Positions 49,101-52,975 of a stretch of 64,000 nt of DNA are shown one piece after another (position 1 is the first letter of the stretch; each line of letters opens with the position of its first letter). Below the pieces are notes generated by a model that had not been told where the DNA came from, ran no database searches, and was given only the letters and a program-made list of their open reading frames with translations. The translations under genes and the position numbers were made by a program. The DNA is from an uncultured Christensenella sp. (GTDB taxonomy: Bacteria; Bacillota; Clostridia; Christensenellales; UBA3700). Location: contig CAJTXS010000001.1 of the NCBI GenBank assembly GCA_910583735.1, forward strand, positions 80,402 to 144,401, written 5' to 3'.

Positions 49101-52100
49101 TCGCTGATAGCAAGCAGCGGACTCAATCTGTCTATCGACCTCTCCAATGCGTCTGTCGAGAGCATAGCTTTCTACAACTACGATGCGGACGGAGCGTATA
49201 GGTTCGGCTATCCTGCGGCTGTGCGTGTCAGCGTCGAGGCGCTTAACGAAGACCGCACTATATCCGAGAACCTTAACGGCTCCATGCAGGTTGAGCGCGG
49301 AGGCTTGCTTGTCACTTTGGTCGGTATCGATACCAACGAGTATAACACAAAGGGCGCCGGTACGACGTTGCCTTTGGCATACGTGTACATTTCGCCTAAC
49401 GACTCGCTTACGGTTAAGCTGGCTAAGGGATGGTTTATAATCGAGGCAAACGCTATAGGTATTAACGTTACCGTAGACCTCGGAGATAATCTGTATGCGT
49501 CTTCGATGGAGAGCTTGATCCGCAGCTTTGTACCTGCGGGCACTTTCCCCGTTACCATCAGCGTGCCCAACCTCGGTATTATGAATACCTTGGGCGGCTT
49601 GCTCGACAAAGTTATCAACCTTATTATAGGCGACGAGAGCAGCTCGGGCAACACAGGCGACGTAACCGAGGAGGATACTTCTTCCGGTACGGGAGAGACT
49701 GTTGTCGATTACGGCATAAAGGTCTATGCGTACGGCTCCAACAATCCTGTTGTGGAAGGATCTACGTTTAGGATAGAGCATAATCGCGCTACCAACGCAG
49801 ACGGAGTCGCATTCGACGGTTACAACCTTAGAGTTATGCGTGCCGACGGCTACGAATTGCTCAATGTGACTTATCCCGCAAGCGCTACTACAAGCGGCGG
49901 TAAGTACGGATACAACGTCAACTTTAACTGGTATGAAGATTATCGCATAGTAGTCGAAGGATATATGAATAAGACCGGTTTCGATAAGATACTCGGCGAG
50001 CTTGATATATGGGCTTTGCTGGGCGGCAACCGTAAGGGAAGCAATCCTGCGACATTGCCGACGGGCGGCGCGTATCCTACTGCCGAGGCTTGGACAGAGG
50101 ATGACTTCGGTATAACAGCGGCGCTGTCCGGAACGGGTAACTTCAATCTCAGTGTCGACTTCGATACTTACTATCTGAATAAGCTTATCGACGACATAAT
50201 GGATTTGGTATTCGGAGCCAATACGATTCTCGACCTCAGCTCTATGGGACTGAGACATAATTACCTGTCTCACACATGGTGGGATAGGACATCGCGTTCG
50301 TCTACATGGCTCAATACCATGGACTTCGGCAGCAACGGAAGTCGTATGGCTATGCAATTCGATCCTACGTCTACTCTTGACTCTATATCCGTACAGCTAA
50401 TGCCGCTGCTTGCAGACGCACTCGAGTTGATCAATATCAATATAGACGTCAGTGTAGGTCCCGCTATCAAGATTAAGCTTAACGGTCCTGCAATAAGAGC
50501 CGGAGACGACAATCTTAAGTCAAACGAAACAATGGCTAATCTCAACAGAATCTTCATGCATCTGTTGCCTTTTGCGGTGTGGAATACGGCTAGTCTCAAT
50601 GTGTCTTTGATAGACGGCACGATTGCCAATATCTCCTTCGACGGCGAGGACAAAGGTCTTGCGGTGAGAGATGAGAACGGCAGAGTGCTTACGCACGAGG
50701 TACAGACCTTCTACGGTAAGTACAACGAGGGCGAGAGCCGTGACCAGTATTACTACGATACGGGTAAGCCGGACGACTACACCTACAGCAATATGAGCGG
50801 CAGAGGCGGCGTGAGGAAATTGACTTCCAACGGCAGAACTAAGACGTCTACGGTAGTGAGGAACGGCAAGTCTTATACCGCATACGGTTATACCGTAACC
50901 TACAACGCCGTAGGAGTCGCAGGCTCTAACTCGGGCGGACTGCAGTACAGCGGAGCTATCTCCAACACCGCAGGCACGAGCGGAAGCCGTATGAATCTCG
51001 ACTTCACATATGTGCGTACGGGTTCGGCTATCATCAATAGATCTACGCAGAGCGGCACAGGATTCAATACCGGTAGCGACTCCTCGCAGTGGGGTAAACC
51101 TATGGGAACGACGTTTGTCGTCGGACAGAACGACATAGCGCCTTTCCATACCAAGATAGATATCTACAACGGATCCGCGTCTGTAGGCAACTCGTCGACC
51201 ACTACCGATCATACTTCGGGTATAGTGAGTTGGGGTGGATTGCCCGCGTATGTCGAGTATGATCCGCTTGCTATGGGCGATGCATATGCCGCGGCAGACT
51301 ATATGATGAAGAGATACTTCTTATCGGGACTTACCGCGAGATATCAGCTCGGCTCCAGCTTTGCAAGAGGTCAGATAACCTATGCGGTTAACGGCGCGAC
51401 TCTTACAGCTGCTAATCTTGCTTCTGCCCTTAGCTCGTCCAACGAGGTGACTGTAGTGGCAACGGCTGTATTCGGCGGCTCTGTCGGCTCTAAGTCGTTA
51501 AGCATAGTAGTACATCGCAATACGTCCACTATAGTGTCTATCGACAAGGTAAAGATGCATTACTTCGACTCGTTGCCTCAGTATGTGGTTGTGACCACAA
51601 GCGAGGGCAAGCGTAAGAAGTATGACGTGACGACCAACCGTAATAAGGTGGGCGACGAGAATAAAGTCCTGCTTACCGACTACGATCCCGCTACGGTATC
51701 GGCGGCGCAAGGCGCTACGGTAAAGGCTAAGTTGACCTTTGTTGACGGTACGGTGAGCAATCTGTTCGAGATAGAGTATGTAGACTCGACATTGAGCCTC
51801 GAGAACAGCAAGGAGCTTGACCTGTATTCGTTCAACAACATCGACGATGTCGTGAGCGCAATCAACGGAATCAAGGTCACATATGCCGACGGCGACGCAG
51901 TGCTGAGCGATGACATGACGCTCGGTAACGGCGGCAGCGGCAGCAACATGCAAGTATACTCGGCTAAGGCGGGTAGATGGATAGCGCTTGGCAACTGGGC
52001 TAGCAGCGTACTCGATATTAAGGGCGATACGATTTATATCCCCGTATCGATAAGCCAGAATGCAGGCGACTGGGGCAGCGGCAGATTGAGCCAGTCCTCG

Positions 52101-52751
52101 ACTATAGTCATCAATATAGCGACTAAGTTGCCCGAGTATGTCACGGTAAGAGACGGCGAGGCGGATACGATAGTTGTACGTCCCTACGACCACTATCTGT
52201 CGCTTGCAAAAGGCGACGACAGCTTGGCGGCTCTGCCCGGAAGTATCACGGCGCATTACGCTAACGGTACGTCCGAGAATATATCCGTCAGATGGAAGAA
52301 CACCGATGGCAGATACGTGCGTTCCAATTCGATAATAACCGGTTGGAATACCATGGGCGCCGAAGGTAAGTTGTATGTGGAGAACGATGAGGTCATCTAT
52401 CAGAAGTTCCACTGGGCTTACGGCAGAGATGACTTGCGCGGCAAAGTAATCAATTACAAGATGGAGTCGGGCAGAGTCGTCGGTATGATGTTCGACTTGG
52501 ACGGAGACGGAGTGTACGAGTCTGCTACTCCCGACATGAAGAGTAAGCAGGTCGATGCTCAGGTCGAGTTCTCGGGCGGATATAAGATGATATTGCCGGT
52601 AGCGCTCGACATCATAGGCAACAGACTTATCGGTTATGTCGGCTATGACGTGGAGGCGTACAAAGCCAACAGTCTGAATATCTGCGACTACGAAGGATAT
52701 AGCTTTAAGCAGGCATTCAGCATTACAAAAGATGCAAGCAGCTTGTTCTGA
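31026..52751 (+). CDS. Giant surface lipoprotein, 7,241 aa (InlB-B repeat + unassigned supermodules + Fn3-like units + Ig-like C-terminus)
   Basis: A single open frame runs to TGA 52749-52751. ATG 31026 is preceded by an AGGGAGAG SD. The signal is MGSKKGKFLALAIVIVMLVALSGALILSAC. Recognisable domain signatures recur throughout. All long antisense ORFs in this region lack any such features. Confidence 0.9.
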   Translation: MGSKKGKFLALAIVIVMLVALSGALILSACDSGVTVIFDAGAGTFESGNSIMTLNNVAPGTVINLKDYNPKNGGQKFVGWDDESLMSYTDEYTIPSDAKGVIKLTAKWRAGNSGGGSGVLSPLFSVLNSISKGDKINTHIKGSGISGGKEYGLEYISNISRGLGNNALDYDLGFQLTEDGTPKLGIYIVDIQGAAGGLFIDTKPSDPDSKPIYIEDFNMDYLLSVAEKLPSFLQELLNSQSLVSGIIDGVVLSMFMSVNTTTSGSVTNYDITISPLKLVNGLTSLLENPLIAGVVGGFLSSIDLNPLLTWLKDNVPDVDFIVRAGVNSAGQLAGNIELDLIDNSVGESTFTFNTAQLTHGTYDSETLSLVPDKVNNYVAWSLGNIKLSANLDLSTAGNNVDVGALINTFVPGTLPQGLILLDANLGYRLDAIIDIDIKQANPAEDKNLIAIELYEKGKYGSENAILGVYYRNGSLYINIGNILNKLPSASGNGEVAKLWSGKGIKISGLNLNELVGAIKQRAVSEIDKLFGTDHGKIEQSGMESTLKMLTQHDSVMALSVDEEGETYISPGWGNFISMLFKVLKIDGEYVDVTNTADGGELALTINNNLIDSIMAALKGLIPNFGGIDLPDIGEGKLFIKVNKYGLESIGIDHTIGGINLGLSLSDFLLLQPIMFGDDDAQQDFASYIDSCVGDESGYTTSINELINEVLYGGIKGSINLDLSFSGGEYNLSELLSMFGLSLGDIKIKIDNPNAKIALGLDFGLYIDENNPDRDSALYLELVAREPVYLENPDGGTALINEGIILGIYLYKDAIYLDASNLKILNLEMPIYKLDNVGAGSAIEALLAQLPNLDLNLDLSGVIESIKGNPNAGEGEAEAAAALAELTKDSGGVLSTSQVMSNSGAIALYLGSDAIKLSATVGAIFTLLSTFNVNLGFDINDYIQGEIPLEIEYRDGKLSLKVTANLLSTVDGKDSNLTLALGIDLADVNIAGCKQEIKERVDNVGSDYINQELDDYVIKGLLNAVLDTQISINIMLKQGRLDVLKLVDYLLTTLKVSVSLSDLDLDGSIGTDSLEATLNIKLAMSNSDNPIMGIELIAGETGSAGVLFSLYLDKNNAYIDLNVLGLGKYKVSNTGLMGMLTDLLDGFSESVSLKGLLNLDSLLDVSKTIALKAITSVNAGTTVVWNRYGQANDIYYNVYGVTPGVNGAADTVEAIAMGVTHNDASIFVDGKFMIVDADNRYGYYRVDVCTLKNGNEKVIVSATASAEDFDYGAKAEYSKDIKSTDISWNVYNGKYKYAVTQIGSDGQSRDVDISSAVIEGGVFKFTADATGVVSYKVRVFIPGEDITVDEFTFAVTKVDSDKPQEPAAIDVAINDIARSVSWSGVEGASYYEVSLAIAGAAAAEWTTKVSAGGNLTTKWYNEYKNYSITVVAYDKDGNKITEGASSTSYNIIDALLSGLTINNGIIGLEITGKVFGDILANLIGENYRIEILDVALRDVNIFTGTADLELNIYDSIGPDAGKITVSAGIAISPTDVDALAADVEAMNAEGSGYSEIDFAFGGNVVKGIWDLFDEGVMLGMDLEIKFAKGSYNLSKLFAMFGDNLASMLENGPVWTFEADTSVKLELKLGIILDDISKLSEEARKKLPQGMLKAPQIMLSIGFPQGLVLGNDVAIKPNSSIDVFLNYEGLSIDLSGISILGLTLPKYRAEGFDFFGFLNGYLLKLEQMIGAQYNPDGLVIDAANSSVITSGDTSALNLKWKSYVGAEGYSYVVNKAGAESSEEVKLGKDATSATIDVTGLKDGDNVTLNVLDTMGNAYASAIYYAKIVDGELTFELNVGQARMARAQGDDVSLMITKDKLSLMITSQALLSIIKLVYGDKIDIDLPDLDLTIFGEIGNIDGVTGILLKVVGDLIKPEGYVGTDPTLEMSLKLYFDSGEAVKNLNIGDKYAAFIAAADNAGSKLISGLLDSLFNTSFSLYIDLAAEQGFDIIDVLNMFIGDKIDLSTLNLDTIVNNNSGNKLLELKLTTSGSYSDFEQVAILLQINYMGKELIALAVRDGDAYLDLSGIGAGVIKVTDSSTPLTANIKKMLDDMIGKIEIDIEEKLNGLLGIGKPQQGNVSTLATGGADQAANAAAPIDTSSLIAAIIDMVVINDSVIKLYATSEMIKGLLNQFFSISLNIELNGDIDIFNGEAQVNVSLKDSADKAITLSLGLSINAMTNAELSALEQDLDGRAASFDGVVIDLSNIVGSVADLLNGLDLSIELDVNFGANDNVNLWDVIGVILTSLVKADGAVNDVFEALGEQGFRWQLDTATDINLKLKLATDIRTKTVNGEEVIDEETSAIVVGLIAGTDLTIGYDATDNNREVIIKQGEGIYLVIKGGKLYIDLSCVHILGLTLPVLRADNFDVMSYLTGIVGDVKQAVDKIFGGTVRSEAEGGDEAATVGSSEMALDGGSDGSILIGQDITFSIGLKAVLSLLSEMGLVDLTALKLDWNIVATTGVQNGLLKIAIEHNGESTPIIGFNAALTLGVKLRGEADQEADAERADLLDKATGADVRYADSTSNVIDAMLNKVLNTTIKLGISAHSASDKFNISRLLSQLIGLIATGSNGLDSSKAFNIDVSDLERLELTITLSGKADNLSQLSAMIRIDSVYKNYQGVDVNNKILAIYVDSGNLYADLSALLSNVNIIKINNSAIMNILSDTLNKLLSGVNLDLNDIINIKPKAQQPDGGASLAPAAAADANALDVAELIKSVAKIVRLHNTSIALEASTDAIDQLLFGMFGIHLDVLDVNGAIYLINGRAELNANIYDYDGNALTVGLGLSIAENGIDETAALKSAIAHAEATAVELDFTNGKTLAQTVLDVLGGVSLQLDVKVQLPEGVFGIGDLLSGFGIDIADANAFELIISGGDLRLDASLIAKAAFDYDNPNNTTVMLEVVMNSDAVFGAVGGEDNIVFHAGDRILGIYIKGSELYVDLSSLTLLGIELPVYYTANFNIQGFINYLLNKLIGGLDSMIFGEFAVNAEYSDSATKMVWNQVDGADAYLVKVNGEKVGTVLADAEVDGKYAFTPAADKLTGIYTVEVVPMVKKAVEGSEQFNYVEMGGRIGKYTNAFNLYTSYGADGSANIAWDRISGAQFYTVKVNGEKIADTEETSIVIDNLVGGEVIEVVPYKTVDDVVQAINDYIGRIVFKTSQAPVSTVAGIDDLDVNELFLLGISRDQINIKLSLDAVQAILQALNLDVALGGYDAVIDITLKPNQDWLSLSFESNLGEAYGGTNASGEIALSVFDIYNGDALDGFKQSLASDSIWDILASKKDNAYSNIVDGLLDKMLNLSATLDISVSGDTALNLRNVLNSVFSQIDQLKDLSITEDIMLELSGLDLQLALNLGIDLSSVNNTVISIALNDMRGGKNNLLGIHLFQGKLIIDATGIAFGRYVIDGAELFQGLFDMLNGAISGLRNATDMDGLLDMLYGLVDKTPEQTGDSISMADTEEKGNLPAGTHSIAVRVSTDANAGTTTFSWDSVPTAMRYRLMLYSGYDLTNKTNLIREADFMPAGLDICNTVRETSVTFSTAALNKIGFIKDSMSPFDGVLQSGYYYFVVEAVRKYGADSVEPIYSEDGLVINGGYTNFSVLKSILSMVKIKNDKISLTASAATINKLLAGTLGINFDWASVVLDIDLFDGIGNLDFTVSDGDRAVIADNVTLQKNATSVELGWDTVENADYYEINITDISGKNKIDTVQVHSGDMTVSGNRASYSVDATAYPWLLTKELRYRVSAIFDSVNTAVINLTLATGDNGREKAVEAMKENGILVEFGENSDYTIAPEIPSLSEINGVSIKQFVEGILSVVRLEASLDIFISRGSYNISSLINSLLEKLNLNVEGLDESGIVWTLTDDLRFTIDLKLLFSLGATAEDTKFVLEVSSGGLSLTEADGSVIGVINEGLLLGLYYQNGNAFVDLSNVTLLGIQMPCYTFDIDVHGLLTDLIDSLFKDFDFSVLGKGLSVNVEGNANGDRYATWNNYSKSAEYKVEVFKAVDGADGALSWVSAGSVTAPAGATRANITSLVGRDSRYKVEVTAFDAEGSEIAKDEKICGVEAQEQRMSLASDMDSLDMRQLIMLGISSDKLHLEVTTKAVASLLASFISGNETVAMITDILGLFDLRLVGEWQAKEALTLKLQGDLFNTDFKPVAVACDNVSYVVSDDLRGVTFTWDEIDAADGYELTIKNSSDVTVATAKSDTNSVYVPFDSIFTQAVLAPNGGSWSAVGIVENPLNVTLKLHTEKLLNPDEMGKVPEEIDGILAGVDIDKAKEEYGSKLIAGLLDKIYNLDLSIALDFSQVDGFSLSEVLSVMVGNLILGATGISVGELTDALDLRLSTDATTVALDIMLNVDRVNPADTNIAIQLSSVIGGYNKDILLALYIYSNKLVVDMRAIGLRAYEIRNLEYIVSLQEELFGLIDSLIGDIEIDITEVIGGLLNPKNDVNGDNNGGDVSDEPGVGDSALGEETLPSIGVRVVNSRDSEGNRVTALKWNDVDGAVKYVLTMPAEDGSKTEITLSGNEYEFVSSASVYGKPYEVKIEAYNADDVLIAVGSRGANGVIASLLNALSLHNSIIRLDVTSDILDTILSTLLKDISINMDPIDSLDANIDIFNGNAEAKINLVLKQGETGAVVNNLVLGATLGLAMAPELYKVDSTTGISDPDTVIQKSLDAIGEVTVVDLGVGDPAGRIANAIFSALSTSSLSVDISVAFNAGTYDLAELLKSFGLDILGDTHLYWTFNRDTEIALTLELSARISPNAYNDSLLLFDIKAGNDIIFPAVSLGGKNYGEFRIDAGDSILSVFGRSNTNGTSYIYLDLSGFSVLGIPLPVLRAEYNFGRMIINEIYDLAAKITGQYKPEIFYEADDQGNMRLFWEAREFGVEQIKYDFKVVNADNNAEIVNIKGSEFLNGSNVVDTSYVLGKDKVATRMNVSITAYFEYTLTDGKPARRIVAENTAFIDLSSQAEVAEYSADDVNKDTQDKGLDILDTVKLEYTGLNKARASWLAKEGVVAYEIYLVSSGTGARIPMSRDVAEQGKATVIGAGRVEGYDTLGINGDGIKPGTEISIEIDTSPLFASAGSALGRYQSMFASGLSAPAPSIGDVNSSEDYYGYYIVVNCYGNVKETEDSETPAVDKYELVARGAADSYGAVNVNFVPKSGAAAGKGNYIISWDNVPGAVRYSVLPYYSRKNITSAGMTVDYIAVGKSSSAASGYNLSDLLVTGNFVNIYNVDYSGAYNIELCAYDTYGNIVGYSVVTNSIKANGGKLVPMAVIEIIAKADQLGIVVQLDAVAAMLDAFGVSLGSFDLGALDLEAAVGLKTYVERVVKPTDVGADKVDSVDVYGAHLKGLNSGYEYTVKITHTNEGRLISEKEYSLNSDYSGKMDVEFIMNALGEYNFCVFDNSGAKVIDFTSRTLKKYCLDVVGDLMQNVNTAGAVVNAGETSGSVTAAINSGALSYTWSAIEGATNYSVRVDYFKDLSVSGAPDATETKSVSGTSMQSSLSLEQGSYLVTVTAGNGASSGKYIQVMFTVGSNKQLASNAGKVLGQIGVTTDGRLIYWNAMSGAYTYGLDICERENGKIVKSAVYDGLTGTVHSVTLNHAGSYDVIVRGYDADGNMLPDIYSAHIDVGGRSDFVINATVSYDDIVIGGGESDYNNLSNLINTKANAYHSGDYATTVRMLMFNYLQDVGLGLKLDLSATQTVINMADMINKIFNAVNGTSPIGAPIRLDIKGIRDMGMTLNLEWHLDYTRNSTTQMVTGINGQGTTLKVELNYYEGNNTKTLLGFYLKDRSFYIALQGLGLFNIKMSSNRMINNLTGTLYSVLDNLTQKLDDTIDGALGTDAGDGIDFSVLLKALLGEYAEIDLGSIIVGNSVLETDELQPVAKSESLQDMDISYIITKLLGVVSLENSSLLVNATSAIIDTVFADLLGVELGLDLDLSVLVGILNGDIAASLRIDNVTIQAELDLHINDGSDYSGLTVPNMNFIDLNVEQSSGTQLAMSLIASSGLNLSIDLSNASVESIAFYNYDADGAYRFGYPAAVRVSVEALNEDRTISENLNGSMQVERGGLLVTLVGIDTNEYNTKGAGTTLPLAYVYISPNDSLTVKLAKGWFIIEANAIGINVTVDLGDNLYASSMESLIRSFVPAGTFPVTISVPNLGIMNTLGGLLDKVINLIIGDESSSGNTGDVTEEDTSSGTGETVVDYGIKVYAYGSNNPVVEGSTFRIEHNRATNADGVAFDGYNLRVMRADGYELLNVTYPASATTSGGKYGYNVNFNWYEDYRIVVEGYMNKTGFDKILGELDIWALLGGNRKGSNPATLPTGGAYPTAEAWTEDDFGITAALSGTGNFNLSVDFDTYYLNKLIDDIMDLVFGANTILDLSSMGLRHNYLSHTWWDRTSRSSTWLNTMDFGSNGSRMAMQFDPTSTLDSISVQLMPLLADALELININIDVSVGPAIKIKLNGPAIRAGDDNLKSNETMANLNRIFMHLLPFAVWNTASLNVSLIDGTIANISFDGEDKGLAVRDENGRVLTHEVQTFYGKYNEGESRDQYYYDTGKPDDYTYSNMSGRGGVRKLTSNGRTKTSTVVRNGKSYTAYGYTVTYNAVGVAGSNSGGLQYSGAISNTAGTSGSRMNLDFTYVRTGSAIINRSTQSGTGFNTGSDSSQWGKPMGTTFVVGQNDIAPFHTKIDIYNGSASVGNSSTTTDHTSGIVSWGGLPAYVEYDPLAMGDAYAAADYMMKRYFLSGLTARYQLGSSFARGQITYAVNGATLTAANLASALSSSNEVTVVATAVFGGSVGSKSLSIVVHRNTSTIVSIDKVKMHYFDSLPQYVVVTTSEGKRKKYDVTTNRNKVGDENKVLLTDYDPATVSAAQGATVKAKLTFVDGTVSNLFEIEYVDSTLSLENSKELDLYSFNNIDDVVSAINGIKVTYADGDAVLSDDMTLGNGGSGSNMQVYSAKAGRWIALGNWASSVLDIKGDTIYIPVSISQNAGDWGSGRLSQSSTIVINIATKLPEYVTVRDGEADTIVVRPYDHYLSLAKGDDSLAALPGSITAHYANGTSENISVRWKNTDGRYVRSNSIITGWNTMGAEGKLYVENDEVIYQKFHWAYGRDDLRGKVINYKMESGRVVGMMFDLDGDGVYESATPDMKSKQVDAQVEFSGGYKMILPVALDIIGNRLIGYVGYDVEAYKANSLNICDYEGYSFKQAFSITKDASSLF
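31125..31349 (+). other. InlB-B / Listeria-Bacteroides (Flg_new) repeat
   Basis: VTVIFDAGAGTFESGNSIMTLNNVAPGTVINLKDYNPKNGGQKFVGWDD...IKLTAKW fits the ytVtFd..GG......G.....P...G..F.GW......L.AkW pattern. Confidence 0.7.
32418..48545 (+). repeat. Array of divergent protein-level supermodules (about 6 copies; 13 copies of the core motif hLGhYh..G.hYhDLS)
   Basis: Core motif codons start at 32418, 33432, 34341, 36060, 37170, 38139, 39012, 39903, 41253, 42840, 44247, 45507 and 48447. Two flavours alternate. I noticed no near-identical nucleotide repeats. Confidence 0.7.
51500..52330 (+). other. C-terminal Ig-like (Big_4-like) region of the giant protein
   Basis: LP..V.V....G......V.W-type strings are present: LPQYVVVTTSEGKRKKYDV (about 51573), LPEYVTVRDGEADTIVV, and LPGSITAHYANGTSENISVRWKN (52233-52301). 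The assignment is tentative. Confidence 0.4.
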
Positions 52752-52761
52752 TTGATACAAT

Positions 52762-52790
52762 CCGCGGCGGATAGCCTATATTCGCCGCGG
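52762..52790 (+). other. GC-rich hairpin without a U-tract directly after the giant gene
   Basis: CCGCGGCG (52762-52769) pairs with CGCCGCGG (52783-52790) around a 13-nt loop. It is followed by AAAAATAAGG, not a T-run. Confidence 0.6.
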
Positions 52791-52838
52791 AAAAATAAGG
52801 AAATTCTTAATTAAGGGCTTCCTTATATAAAATAACTG

Positions 52839-52847
52839 TGCTATAAT
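52839..52847 (+). promoter_or_regulatory. Candidate extended -10 promoter for the second giant gene
   Basis: TGCTATAAT (TGn + TATAAT at 52842-52847). The -35 is weak (TTCCTT, 52819-52824). It lies 129 nt upstream of ATG 52976. Confidence 0.4.
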
Positions 52848-52975
52848 TTATACGGGTAGCTCCGTATAGAGATGCCGATTTTTGCATTTATCGGATTATT
52901 ACGGCGCGGTCGCGGCGCAGGAAAAGGCGACAGATAAGCGGAAGGGTATAGAGATATATCGCAGGGAGGAAAATT

